Source: Lytechinus pictus (taxonomy: Eukaryota). From it: a stretch of 64,000 bases of DNA. The position numbers and the translations under genes are program-made. Positions within the stretch are counted from its first letter, which is position 1. Every line of letters starts with the position of its first letter. The DNA lies in NCBI RefSeq assembly GCF_037042905.1, contig NW_026974140.1:186001-250000 (forward strand). Direction: 5' to 3'. The notes under the pieces are model-generated. The model made no database searches. It had not been told where the DNA came from and was given only the letters and a program-made list of their open reading frames with translations. Shown here piece by piece: positions 26,371-39,630 of the stretch.

Positions 26371-29081
26371 TCAGTAATTCCCCTCTTGGATGTTCAGGCC
26401 ATGAGGTTGGGTGGTGCGAAGTCGTCTCATCCAGAGCTTCTCTCTGCTAGTACGGACTGAGTCAGGACGGGTACCTAAAGATTCGATGCCCTGTAGCATC
26501 ATGTCAGTGATGGAATGGTTGGGGAGGTTAAAATGGCGGCCAACTGGAGTGTCCAGCTTTGCTGTGTTGACGGTGGATCTGTGCCCGTAGAATCGTCTCT
26601 TGAGTGTGGTCTTGGTTTCCCCTATGTATTGTACCCTACAAACTCTGCAAGTGATGAGATATACAACATTAGTGGTAGTGCATGTTATGTTGCCCTTGAT
26701 TTGGTGAGACAGGCTGGTAGAGTTACTGGTGAAAGTGTCGCCCTCGTGAAAGTGTATTTCACATATGATGCACCTGTTGCTGGTGCATTTGAAGGTGCCA
26801 TGCTGTATGGGAGAAGAATGGTTAGTGAGGGAGGGCACTTCAGCACGAACAATGAGGTCCCTGAGATTCGGTGGGCGTCGGTATGCTAGAAGGGGAGTAT
26901 CGGGAACGGCCAGTTGGAGATGATCAGAAGTGTGTAAAATGTGGTGGTTATCACACAGGATTTTGCGGAGAGGGGGTAGATTGGGATGGAAGGTGGTCAC
27001 AAGCGGTATTATGTCGGTAGTCTCCTTGTCACTTTTTTGGTTTGAGAACTTCAGATCTGGGGAGAGAACAAGCTTTGTTAATTTCCAGTTGGAATGCCCT
27101 GGCCCCGTGTCCCCTGGCACAGAGATATTTCTGCAAATTCCTGGCATGGAAGGAAAAAATCAGTGTCCTCGGAGCAGATACGGCGAAGTCTGAAGGCTTG
27201 ACTGTAAGCAATGCCGGTTTTGCAGTGACGGGGGTGGCAGCTGGATGAGTGGAGGTACTAGTTGGTATCTGTGGGTTTAGAGTATAGGGTAGTGGTGATA
27301 CCGTTAGACTTTTTCTGGACTGTGACATCAAGGAAGTGGGTTTCCTGTTGGGAGAAATCAGAAGTGAATTTGATGGTCCCGTGGAAGGAATTGATGTGGT
27401 CAATGAATGTATGGAGGTTATCTTCATCCCTGGTCCAGATGAAGAAAATTTCGTCTATGTAACGCCACCAAATCCATGGGCGACAGGGGGCTGAATCTAA
27501 CATCTGCTGTTCCAGCTTGGTCATGAAGAGACAGGCGAATGAAGGAGCCATCCGGGTGCCCATTGCTGTACCGAATATATGTAGGTAGTGCTTGCCCATG
27601 AATGTGAAGTTGTTTTTTGTTAGTACATGAGACATCAGAGATTTGATATCGGATATGGGGGGACTGGAATGGCCACTGGCGGCCAAGGCTTCACATGATG
27701 CTTGGATACCTTCGTCGTGGGGAATGCTGGTGTACAGTGAAGAAACATCGAGAGTGCCGATGATCGCAGTCTCGGGTATCTGGTCCTTGATGTCATTTAG
27801 TTTCCTGAGAAAGTCTGGAGTGTCGTGGATGTAAGAGGGTGCACGTGAGACAAGGGGCTTAATGTGGTAATCAACAAAAAGGGAGATGTTCTCTGTTGAG
27901 GAAACATTTCCTGAGAGGATTGGTCGACCGGGGTTGCCAGGTTTGTGGATCTTCGGGAGGAGATAGAAGCGGGCAGGTTTAGCATTAGTAGGGGAGAGAG
28001 ATTTGTGGGCCTTCTCGGAGAGATGCTTGCGTTCTTTCATGTCATTCAGTGTTAATTGGATATGTAGGGAGAAATTACAAGTAGGGTCAGAATCGAGGAG
28101 TGCATAGTGAGATCGATTATTGAGATGTTTCATGGCTTCATCGATGTACTGCTGGCGGTCCATAACAACGACGGCTGATCCTTTGTCTGCAGGCTTGATG
28201 ATGATGTCGGACCTGTTTTCGAGTGATGAGAGAGCCTGGCGTTCTTCTCGAGGAAGGTTGTCATGTGCTCTGGTGTCGAGGGTATCTGTGGAGCGAACTT
28301 GGGATGAGACAGCTTGGATGTAGGTTTCAAGGGAAGGAACTCTATTCTTGGGTGGAATCCATGTGCTTTTCTTGTAGAAGGGCTCGGGATCAGAAGGGGG
28401 TGCATCTAAATAGAACTCTTTGAGACGTATCCTGCGATATAATGTAGAGAGGTCTTGGCTGAGAGCTATCTGTTCAACTTCTGGTGGCGTGGGGCAAAAG
28501 AGAAGAGGGGTTTATGCTTGGGAGAGAAGGGAGGATGAGAGATTAACAACCAAACGGGGGGATGCATCATTGTTGTTGGTATGTCGTCTAAATCTGTTTG
28601 ACCGTTGTCGCTTCTTTGTGAGGTTGCTTATTTTCTTGTTCCTGCGTTCAGTGAGGAGAGACCTGTGTTTAGAGAGATCAGATTCAATTTCATCATTATA
28701 CTGAAGCCATTGGGTTTGGGTACAGCAAGAACGTAGTTCGTCTTCCAGGCTACTGATGTCAGCTGAAAAAGAATCAAGAGAAGCAATACACTGTTCAGAG
28801 AGGATGCTAATTAGTCGAACTGAAGCTCCATGTAAGGTATGGTTCCATCGTTTGCGAAGTTCAGGTGTGAGCGTACCGAGACCAGGAGTGCAATGAAGTT
28901 GGAGGCCTGTGGGTATAATGCGATCGAGGGAATAAAATCTGTAATTGTCCTGGTGAAAAGAGTTCTTGAGGTCCTTCAGCTTGATCTTCCTGAGCTGGTG
29001 AAATAAAGATAGATGGTTAGTCATGGTAGAAAAGAGACCTAGAATAAAAAATTGTGTAAAACAAAGAAAATGGATATTCAT
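26371..29081 (-). pseudogene. PLE reverse transcriptase + GIY-YIG endonuclease, frameshifted
   Basis: RT motifs FYLLPKIHK, GRPI, LDVSSLYT, GTAMGTRMAP and WRYIDE (YIDD expected). Cys-rich linker CTSNRCIIC. GIY-YIG motifs NVVYLITC..QYIGET..RFYGH, E..W and P.GLN. Confidence 0.9.
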
Positions 29082-30018
29082 AACAAATCAAAATATAAAG
29101 AAGGAGAAAAGTCGAGTAGATTTGAACTGGACCTAAAACAGAATGATAATAAGAATACACAAAGTTAATTAAATCAAGCTGAAAGGGACCTTGAATAAAA
29201 AAAAGTGTGAAACAAAGAAAATGGAAATTAAAAAAATATAAAATATAAAGAATGAGAAAGGTCGAGTAGATTTGAACTGGACCTAAAACAGAATTGAATT
29301 GTCTCAAATGTATGTATGTCGCCCGAGTAACAAAATGATGATCTTAGAAGCAATATTCTGTGTGGACAAAATGTAAATATACCTAATTTTGTATGATACA
29401 ACAGACCCTCATTGCATATTCCTGAAGACATGAATATAAATTTCATTGAAATAGGGCCTAATGCTAAATTTTAAGATACCATTTTTTTTTATTTATTCAT
29501 TTCCAATTTGTATCAATTTGTCAGTGTTTTGTTTGTCTCACTTTACTGTTTAAACCGTATTATTTTCTTCAGCCTGGAGTACCCTTTTAGGAATAGGTAT
29601 ATAGCGGGGGATGTTGATTAGTGCCAAGATATATGATCCTTTTCAAAGATTTTTTCTTTCAAGATATATCATTTATTTAGGTGTTTAAATACATTTTTAT
29701 GAATAGACCCTACATTAGAAAGAAGAACAATGGCTGATGAAATTTATCGCATGATAACCATCATTGGCAAATACTCTGTCATGAGCATGATGAGTGAAGT
29801 CTGTGAAGAGCATTTTCAAAACAATAAAAAACTGATGAAAAGTGGGATTGCATTTTTTTGCATCTTTGTTAAGCTTATTCTATATTTTTTAGATTGAAAT
29901 TAGTGAATATATATTTACTACCTGCTGCCATTTCATGTTTAAAATGTAATAATAATTCTATTTTGTAGGCCTATATGACAATGAATTACATTCCTTTACC
30001 CTATCCTAGACAAGATTT

Positions 30019-31284
30019 CAGCGGCGTAACAGGGCTCGGTGGCCAAGGGGGGGGGTTGAAGAGCCAAAAAATTCCCGGTCATAAATACCACGGTATGAAC
30101 AGGCGTAATGGTGTAATGAGGCGACGATTTTGAGAGGGCCAGATATTGCGTATCAGGCAGAATTTATCCTAAGGAAAGAAGTTAGGAGCGAGCGAAGCGA
30201 GCGAGCAAAAATTTTGACATTTTAAATACAAAAATCAAATTTTGACATGATATCAAAAGAATAATATACTTCACTCTTTTCTCTTTCCATTCCTTTTTTG
30301 TGGTCTGCATGCCACTGTGAACATGATTTTTTGCGGCAGCAGCGCGAAGAGTAAACAAAACGAGAGGCGCAGTATGGCGCATGTACTAGAAAGCTGCTTA
30401 ATATAAGTCCCGAGCGAGCGAAGCGAGCGAGAATGAAAAATAACATTTTCATGAGAATTTAACTTTGAGATATTTTTGAAATTATATTCAGTAAATAAAA
30501 TCTTATCCTACACTTCTCCTTTGCTTTTCCTTCCTCCTTTTTTTCTTTCTGGAGCCCCCGGAAATTTGGATCAAATCGCGGGTATATACAGAATATAGCT
30601 TTTACGCAACAAATTTATTCAACCAAGTTGAACCAAATATTTTCAGGAGGCAAAACAGCAATGTGGAAAAATCTGTAAAAAGTCGCAAGCGAGCAAAGCA
30701 ACCCCCCGCCTGTACGCCAGTGATTGAACGTAAAGCTTAATGTAGGAAGGGTCCCTACAGGGGGGCGTTATAGAGCAATTTGAAGGTTATAGATGAAGAG
30801 CCCCTACGGCATGGGGTCTGGTGCAAAGCCCCGGTAGCTTATTTGCATAAAATTTAGCAAGCTTATAGCACAATGTTGTATACAGTCCATCTTTCTTCCC
30901 GCTCTTTATTTTCTATCCTCGGCAGCCCGGTCATGTTATTATTGTTTTTTTCTTGTCCTTTTCTTTGTATTCCAATTTAACTTTTGACTAATTCCATTCT
31001 ACCTTCATTTCCCGCTATTGTTTGCCATTTTGTCATCTTTTGATTTATTTCCCATCATGCTTTTGCATTACAAAGGCCTATTTCGGAATGATGTGTTCCT
31101 TCTCAAATGTTCTTTCGTTCCTTTTCCCGCTTTCCTTCCTTTTTTTTTCTTCGTTTTCTTTTCACTTTTCCCTTTCCTTTTTTTCTTCTTTTCTTCTTTT
31201 CATTTCCCCTTTCCCTAATTCTTTCTTCCTCCCTCCCTTTTCTTTTTTTCCCGCAGCTTGCCCTCCCCGCCTGTTACGCCACTG
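30019..31284. mobile_element. Non-autonomous DNA element nested in the 24864-31609 element
   Basis: TIR CAGCGGCGTAACAGG..CCTGTTACGCCACTG. It is absent from the sister copy (empty site ~45208). Confidence 0.8.
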
Positions 31285-33759
31285 CATATAAATTTGTAGG
31301 ATGTGCAAATAATCCTAAATAAATCTAAGTTAAATCTAGATCACTACCATGACTACGAACAAATTATAGATTTTGCCTAACTCTAATCCCCTAACAACAG
31401 CTTGCTCTGCCTTCTGTGCGGTAATTCTACCCATGTTGTTAGGAGCTGATTTGTTACTACTATACAGATTGTGATGTCAAGCGTTGATCTCAGATGTAAA
31501 TAATGCATTATAGCCATCGAGGCGAGATTACCGGTTGTAACAGGGCCCTTTGTTAGCGCAGTATTAGTGAAATGTTCCGCTAACAGCGTTTCTGTGCGGC
31601 CGATACAGGTCAATGTCAACATCCTGCTTTGGGGGAATGAAAGGGAAAATCACAGGATTTTTTTTTCTTCTTTCTTTTGTTGCCGTAATGCAGTGTTTGA
31701 ATAAAGATAACTTAATTGATCTTTTTTCTTTCAATGATAGTTTACTGTAATGTGCATCTTCCATGCATAACAAATCATGTAATGCAACTGTGGCATAGGC
31801 GGATTCAGGGGGACCGACGCCCCACCATTGTCGGCGCAAAAAAGGGGGAAAAGAGGGAAAGAAAGAAAAAAAGGGGTAAGTAGAGAGGAGGGAAAACGAA
31901 GATGACATAAGAGGAGGAAAACGAGTAAAAAAAATAAGGTCGGGGAGATTTCGCGACATTAAAATATATTTCGCGTCCCTAAATACAATTCGTGCTCGCA
32001 TTTCATGTTCGATAAGACACATATCTTGTTCAATAGGCTGATACGTTGCTTAAAATATCAAGATTTGAAGTCAATATGCAAAACATATTTCATTTCGGAC
32101 ATTGGGCTTTCATTTTTTTGTTTGATTTTCAAATTGACTTTTTAAAATGCTCTCTAAAATGTGCGTTTTATACCGTGTGAATATCCACATTTTTGGTTTG
32201 CGCTGTGCGTTCGCAAATATGCTTAAAATGTCCAACTTTCACTCCTAAATATCAACAAATTTCACGCTCTCATTTGGCTTACCTATATTTATAAAACAAT
32301 ATTTTCATGAATTCCTAGCTAATTCTCAGAATGGAATAACAACAAGTTTCATATCACGCTTAGGAGGAGGAATAGGAAGAAAAAGTATCCTTAGAATGTC
32401 CCGGTGCTATGTCGAAATAATGATATATGTAATGATATGTTATTAAGATACACATCTTGTTCTTTATTTAAAACGTGCTTGAATTATCTCATTAATGAAT
32501 AATTATAAATAATTTATTGTTTCAGCTTCCGGAAACCCCCCCCCCCCCTTCCCCCGACGCACAAGCTTTTATAATAAATTTTGTTTCTTTTTGAAAATAA
32601 TACTTTAGATCAACTCACATTCATAAACAGTCCATACTTTTAAGGATTTGAACAACTAGTTTCTTTGGGAAATGCTTTCTAATACATTTCTTAATGAAAA
32701 CATGCTGATCATGGGCCTATGACGAGAGAATCTGAAACATGTTCTTGTTATTTTCAATGAAAATGAGCCGGGGAAAATAATCCTTACAAACACACCGTGA
32801 ATCGAATACTCTGTGTTCTTGGCTTTTATAACGCGATTATAGCTTGACTAAATACTCTAGATAAGGTATTATTCCATCTCCTGTAGTCCGGGTTATAATT
32901 GAGCAAGGTGCCACTCGGAGAAGGAGAAATGTTCATATAGTGCTTCTATACCAGTTTCTTACGCTGAATATGAATATATGAGGTAAACAGGCTGTATTCT
33001 GAAAATTAACCTTTGCAAAATCGTGTCCAACGGGGTTCAAAATTGATATCTTTGGCGGCCCTCTTGGATTTATTTAAAAATGTAAATTATTATTCAAATT
33101 TCAAATTTTTGGATGAATTATAATATTTTTTTTTTATTAACCGGACTATCCAGAAAACGATTTCAACCGATTTATGCTATTCAAATCATAATGAAATGCG
33201 TATTCAGGAAATATATCAAAAAACGTACACTGAAAAGAAGAAAAAAAATTCTAAATCGATTTTCGACAATTTTTAAAGCAAGAAATCTCCCAAACTAATG
33301 ATATGAAAATTTCATGACGCAATTTGCATATGTAAACAATAATTTCTGTCCGTAAAATTTCGCACGTTTCTTATGCACAAATTGAACATTATATTTTGAA
33401 AGTTACATACAAAACAAACATAGTTTGGCTGAGATATTTTCCAGTGACTTCATGCTAGGTGTAGAATGTCAAAAAAATAGTGAAATAGGGCCTTTATGTA
33501 GTGACGTCATTTATTACGTCATTTCGGCGGGAAGACCACAGATAAAACCCGGCAGAATGCATTTTTTGTAAACTTTAGGTTCCATGCCATCCAGCTATGG
33601 GGTCATTTGCTTGTCAGGTCTTTGTTTGAATAAATCTCCTGGGCTGCCGTACTATGAATGTCAAACTATTCAAATAGATTTAGATAAAATACCTTTTTTC
33701 TCTAATCAGGTCACTATCAATGCTTTAGTAATATAGAACAAAATACACCTTTTCACCTA

Positions 33760-35080
33760 ATATATTTCCCTATATTATTTGAACCAACTGTTTTCTATCT
33801 TTTTTTTCTTTTTTTTATCTGTTTTCTTCTTTTTCTTCCACCTGTACTTTTAAACAATTACTGCATTTTTCTCTAGATCTCAATTTCAACCTTTAGTCTT
33901 TATTTTAAATTAAGCCCTATAATTATCTCTTACCGTGCTTATAATTGAGCTCTCCAATTTTAAACAATTTTTTAATCCTCTATAATCTACTTTATTACTA
34001 AGTTCATCCTTTTTGTCCGTCTTTTAATTATAGATTTCTTGCCTTTAACTCTATTCATTATTTGTAATCACTCTGTTTAGTATATCTACCTTGCCTATAA
34101 TTCTGTTCTTCACTTTTACCGATGTCCATTTTTTCACAAATTTTGCTTATATTTCTGCCCTGTACTATCAATCAGTACTTATTTCCCGGTATCTTATAAA
34201 TCTGTTTTTCATTTTTAGTCTCAATTCTCTCTATCTGGCTTGCGATTCTGTTATTCACTTTTACTACGTCTTTTAATTATCGTTTTTCCTTCACTTTTAA
34301 ACAGTCTTAACTCTATCTTGCTTATAAGTCTATTCTTCACCTCTTATCAGTATTTCTGTTTTATTGCCTATAACTCTCTTTACAGATAGGCCAGTGCGTT
34401 ATGCTCTATATCTCACCTTACTTTGAATCCTTTTTTTTTTCTCCATCTTAATTATGACTCTTATTCTTTACTTGTAATCATTCTTTTTATTATCTCCGTC
34501 TCCCTTATAACTCTATTTCTCACTCTAAATCATTTTTTTTGTCTCCGATTACTTGTATCCCTGCTCTGTATAATTGATCAGTGGTTTATCGATATATCCC
34601 TTTTAATTGTGTTCTTCACTTTTAATCAGTCTTTGTAATTATATCTATCTTACTTAGAACTTTATTCTGTTCTTAAAATCACTCTTAAAATTATTTTAAC
34701 CTTGCTGATAATTCTTTATTTCTCAGATTTGTCTATATTCTTTCCTACTTATCAGTCTTGAAATTATCTCTACTATGCTTACATGTATAATCCTGTTCTT
34801 CACTTTTACTCAGTTTTTTTCTCTTAGATTTTGCTTTTATTTCAGCTCGGTACTATAAAATATCGTTTATTTCCCCCTTTTTTTTTACTTTGTTATTCAC
34901 TTTTAAACAGTCTTGATTATCTCTATCTTGCTTCCGACTCTGTTCTTCACTTTTATTCATCTTTTCCCTCCTTATAATTTCTGCGCTTTTGTTTCTCCTT
35001 ATCTTGCTTATAACTTTCAAATACTTTTTTTAAATATCTCATGATATTTATTAACTTTGTTCTTCATTCAACACATTCTT
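33760..35080. repeat. Degenerate T-rich tandem repeat / low-complexity region
   Basis: Recurrent TTCTTCACTTTTA, CAGTCTT and CTCTATCTTGCTTATAA motifs with a strong strand bias. Confidence 0.65.
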
Positions 35081-35170
35081 TAGTATCTACTTCTTGCCTA
35101 GTGTAGTAGGTTTCACGGTACACCATGTATCTTTCTTGGGCAGATGTTGGTCCTGAAAAGGACCACCCAA

Positions 35171-35212
35171 TCTCGACGTTTCGACAAGTGTGTTCTTGTC
35201 GTCCTCAGGAGA
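35171..35212 (-). ncRNA. Minimal type I hammerhead ribozyme with intact core
   Basis: Minus strand reads TCTC-CTGAGGA-C-GACAAG-AACACA-CTTGTC-GAAA-CGTC-GAGA: CUGANGA, 6-bp stem II, GAAA, palindromic ACGT, GUC cleavage triplet and stem I TCTC/GAGA. Confidence 0.85.
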
Positions 35213-35859
35213 ATGAGCAAAGTTTGTAAAAGCAGGCCTTATATACTCTGTCGAAGTGCCGTATGCACGGTATCTCGCAGGGTACTGATTGGCTAGATAG
35301 GTCACATGACATCCACATATGCGGACGTGGGTGATAACACACAAATTGGGCGCGCAAAACCATCGACGACCGGAAATGCTGTCGGTTATTATTCTCGTTA
35401 GGATTAGCATGAATGACAATAGTCACCACTTCCGCCCATGCACTGCAGTGCTCACACGTGTGTGGAACGTCCGGGTAGGCTAATTAGGCAAATTAGCCTC
35501 TTTGTCTAGAACGGTAAGCCAGATATTGCTGAGTTGGAGGCCGCTGTCTTGAAGAACAGCGTTATGTTCCTCAATCTCCAACGCTTCTCTGACTCTCCGC
35601 TGATGCCAGTAGGGGACACGGGTGACCAGTCTACTCTCATCCTAAAGAATCCGACGATCATGCGTATGGGCATGATCGATCATTGCAGATTTTTCCCTCT
35701 CGTCTCTCCTACCATGGGCCTTGTGTTCCTTAATCCGAGTGTTGAAGGTCAAGGAACGACCCGTCTCTCCGATGTAAACTTTACCGCATTCACAAGGAAT
35801 TCGGTAAACTCCAGGGAGGTCACTGGAGTTGCGCTTGTCCTTATGGGTAGTGAGGGCAG

Positions 35860-35939
35860 ATTGAAGCTTATTTGAGGAACTATGACGAACCTCAATGCCG
35901 ACATTGAGGTTCGTCATAGTTCCTCAAATAAGCTTCAAT
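35860..35939. repeat. Perfect 38-bp inverted repeat with 4-nt loop
   Basis: 35860-35897 is the exact reverse complement of 35902-35939. The loop is CCGA. Confidence 0.95.
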
Positions 35940-37123
35940 GTAAATAGATGCCTATGCAGTAAGATTGATCGAGTCGGGGTCCGACCACTTGACCGAAGGC
36001 CCGCAAAACCGATTTTTTTTTTCCTTCATCAGGTGCCGAGTGGTTTAAGGCGCCTCGTTTTAGCGGCGTATGCCTGTTATCGAAGGGGGAGGATGCAGAG
36101 CCAAATAGTGACATACCAAGGATTTCAATTTAGGGGCGGGAGTAAGCACGGGAAGCGCACTCCGGGGGGGGGGGGGGGTGCAGGGAGTGGGAGTGTCCCC
36201 CACGAGAACCGTTGAAACTCCGACGTTCCTGTGAATCGTTTCTTGTCTGCTCCCGCTCATCTTAATACGTCCTCTGTCTGTTTTCGGGGGGGGGGGGGGT
36301 AGAGCCAAAATATTTCCCGGTAACTAAGTCCAGAAAGATTTCACTAGAGGGGGTGGTAGTGAGCAGGTGAAGTGGCAAAACACTTAATATTGAGCCCGCT
36401 CCTCTCACATTATCTGCCTGTTGTCGGGGGGGGGGGGAAATAATTCCCAGTAACTAAATTTAGAATCAGTGCCGTTGCTAGGATTTTTAAGGGAGCGGTG
36501 GTAAGCACGCAAATCGTGCGAAATACTTACTGCACGCACGAAACGCCTCTCTATGGGGGGGGGGGGGGGTGCAGGGAGGGGGTGTTTCCGCTACTTACAG
36601 TATAAACTTACGTTGCCTAATTTCATTGACACTACTTAATCATTACAGTCAGTTTGCAAGCCCCTATGTTGATGAGCATGATTTATTTTAGTCCTCTCGT
36701 GGCTGAATTCATATCCCTGCAAAATCTTGTAAATTGTGGGATATTTTTCTCAAAGAATTTAACAATTTTCTCCTTGAGTAAAATTGATTATTTTTGTACC
36801 ATAAGAACGGGTAAACGTTACTATTTTACTAATTAGAGGCCTCAAACAGAGTTTTCTTTTTCTGTTTTCTCTTGCAAATTGTACAAAATTTTGTGTTTTT
36901 GGGCTCAAACATTAGTTATATCTTCTGAAAGCTCAGGTTCTCTACTTTCATACAATGTCACTCTTAATATGTAACACCTTTTAGATGGGTCAGCAGCCAG
37001 CCCTTTCCATCAAGATGCAAGACGAGATTTCTGAAATTTCTTAGTAGCATAAAATCTAGAGTTCTGATTGGCTGGATATTGTTTTCAAAACAACAAGCGC
37101 GGGTAATTTGAAGAGATAACCAC

Positions 37124-37622
37124 ATGGTGAGTGTGACCTTCTTTGGAAAATGAACTACTTTTTAATCAAGTGCTCATTGAACCACGGAATGTTGAGTTTT
37201 GTTGAAAATTTTCCCAGAACTGATTATCATAATTAATTAATTCATCTTTTGTTATTTGTTTATGTTATGGTTATCACTAGAACTTATATATTCACTTTTA
37301 TCGGACCTTTTCTCTTTAGGCGGTAAAACACACATTAGTTGCTGCAACAACGGCATGCGTTACTCTTTGCATTCTCACGAATCACTATTATTCGCTGCAA
37401 CGTCGTAACGACTGTGAAACACGTGTTGGGAACTATGTGCAAGAAAAGAATTCGGCGATCCTGAAAAGACAAACAAATCACACAATAGTTTATAGGAATT
37501 ATAAACATAAAGACTTCTCAAATCCCGCGTCGTATAATGATGAAGGAAAGTGTCGTGGTCTTTCATGTAAATGGTCCATGATGCCAGGAGCTAAAAGGCA
37601 GCTCGTTCAATGGGCACCCGAG
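37124..37622 (+). CDS. Candidate host gene 5' end: exon 1 ending in ATG (37124-37126), 193-bp intron, exon 2 at 37320-37622; secreted or type II membrane protein N-terminus
   Basis: Donor ATG|GTGAGT, acceptor CCTTTTCTCTTTAG|, a 303-nt stop-free phase 0-0 exon, and donor GAG|GTAAGT. Spliced peptide MAVKHTLVAATTACVTLCILTNHYY..QLVQWAPE. Inverted CCAAT box (GATTGGCT) at ~37066. Confidence 0.6.
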
Positions 37623-38698
37623 GTAAGTTTTCTTCTTTTAACTCATTTCCAAACATTTAAAAAGATTCAGCACTTTTCTCAATGTACCATACACTTTAAG
37701 ACGTGTTTGTATACACATTGGGCATGCTTCTGTACGTAAACCTAACTGAAATGCCCGTTTGACACTTGCACATACTGTGGTGCAAGCATTGCCCCCGCAT
37801 GTATACGTGCCAGCGCGGGACATTTTATGACACGCATTGTCTTGAACACGTTCACGATATACTTGCGCACCTGTTTTACCAAATGTTATCAGTAAACTAC
37901 AAATATAAATCATGATTTTGGATCTGTATCATACTAAGAAATTATGTTACTTATAATTTAAATTATAGATTTTGAACTGTACGAAACTGATTTGTAAAAT
38001 AGTCAGTTAAAACATAGAGCCAACTGAGATTAGTTTTGTTTATAATTTCCCCAATGTGTATGCTGTGTAGTCAACATAAACTGGTCGGCACCCCGCGCGC
38101 CAACGCGCTCGCGCATGAAGAGAACATTTTCTATCGGATCGCTGCGAAGAACCCTTCACGTCACAAAAAATGTAAGTTTCTTTAATAATAAATGTAATTA
38201 CCGTTTGTAATATTATGTATTTGTATGATGGAATTGAATAATTTCTAATTTCAATTGATTTACTGAGTAATTGTCCACGGTAGCTTGTGGTGAGAGTGTG
38301 AGACATTTTTGGGCCAAATATTGCACGTAAAACAGGGCGTCACATGCGCTCGCTGGTGTTTAGCCAATAGCTACGGCCCTACGCCAGCTCCCGTGTCCGT
38401 CGATGCCCAGGGCCAGGCTTACGCAGGTAGCTCAGGCCCGAAAAGCGGGCCTAAAAAGAACAATGTCTGGCGACGTTCAGTATCGGTACGGTACAGTACC
38501 TGCCGCCGCATTTGCTTGTTTGGCTTGGGCTGGGAGTTGGCAGTGGCAGTGCACTGCCACCGGCCTGGCCCGACATGCCCTGCCTTCGCCGACCTTAGCC
38601 TAGACTGATAAATATGTCTAATCTAGCTTTTTGATATATTTCTTTCAGGAAAATGCTCCGCTGAAATTTCGTTTGGCTCCGCAGCATAAATAAAATAA

Positions 38699-38840
38699 TT
38701 AATTATATAGGATTTGTATAGCGCACGTATCCACCTTGCTAGGTGCTCAAGGCGCTCCTATTACCCCAGCTAAGCTAGTCTACCGATTTTGGTGCGCACA
38801 GCTTTTTGAGCAATTACTTCCTGCCGGTACCCATTTATCT
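38699..38840 (-). mobile_element. 3' half of tRNA-derived SINE (same family as 61393-61653)
   Basis: The reverse complement matches AAATGGGTACCGG..TAGCTTAGC..ATAGGAGCGCCTTGAGCACCTA..GTGCGC.ATA.AAAT. Confidence 0.8.
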
Positions 38841-38841
38841 C

Positions 38842-39630
38842 GGTTACACTTGGTAATTTTGAAGGTTCGTAATTCTGAAACACGTAAATTGCGTATACCT
38901 CGATCTTCGTTAATCCGAAAACGAAAACTTTACCCATTTTTTTGAGCAAATTTCGTTTTTATCAACCATATAGTTGTTTGCCCTTGCTGGATAAGTCATA
39001 GAGAGGGGAATGATGTTGAAATTAAATATTTCATTTTATTTACCAAATAAAACAAATATACAACATTCGAAAAATGTAAACATCGATATGACTGGTGGAA
39101 TTATGATTGCTTATTCCATCAAAAATATAAAACGGATCGACATCTAAACAAATGCTGGCAACTGTCAAATTCAAAAGAAAGGGGGGATGTTAAGAGTTGA
39201 ATGTTGGCCATGATGTCAGATATTCTAAGTCTTTACTTTCCAATATATAATAATAGCAGTAACAATAATATTAATTCTTATTTTGCCCAGGAACCCACTT
39301 CAGCTCTTATGAACTGTTCATCCAGTGGGTCCTGCATAACATAGTTATAATTATCCTCCTTCGTTCTGATACGTCAACCGCCTGATGAAGGCATAAGGCG
39401 CAGCTCATTATTCCAAAACACGTAAATTCCAATACCTCGAAGTTTGTTAGTCCCAAAATGTTAAAGGTTTCGTTAACCAAAACATTTGTGGCGTTATTTC
39501 GAAGGTACGCGTTTTAGAAAGTCAGTTAATCCGAAAATAAACGAGAGTTTGTTTGTTTACAATTTCGGACTAACGAACCTTTGGAATAACGAACTTTCGG
39601 AAAAACTTACCTTCGAAATAACGCCACAAA
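38842..39630. mobile_element. Fragments of the GGTTACAC..GTGTAACC MITE family
   Basis: CGTAATTCCGAAGGTTCG / CGAACCTTCGGAAT-type subrepeats at 38842-38945 and 39405-39630, shared with 61741-62097. Confidence 0.55.

Larger units (their letters stand above)
25432..29314 (-). mobile_element. Penelope-like retroelement (Neptune-type), decayed
   Basis: Contains RT and a C-terminal GIY-YIG domain, a 3' hammerhead-like motif and a ~150-bp tandem duplication at its 5' end. Boundaries were defined by comparison with the empty site at ~44475. Confidence 0.9.
24864..31609. mobile_element. Non-autonomous DNA transposon, copy 1 (~1.6-kb core, carrying two nested insertions)
   Basis: Imperfect TIR CCTGTGGCGACCGCATAGAAGCGTTGTTAGCG..CGCTAACAGCGTTTCTGTGCGGCCGATACAGG. 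It is colinear with the uninterrupted copy at 43909-45526. Possible TCAA TSD. Confidence 0.85.
35087..35939 (-). mobile_element. 5'-truncated Penelope/Poseidon-type element (GIY-YIG end + 3' region)
   Basis: Protein fragment PGVYRIPCECGKVYIGETGR..RIKEH (35642-35917). A hammerhead lies downstream and a perfect hairpin marks the truncation point. Confidence 0.85.

Noticed and set aside
39380..39425. CTGATGAAG as a third hammerhead
   Set aside because: No stem II closing onto GAAA and no stem I.
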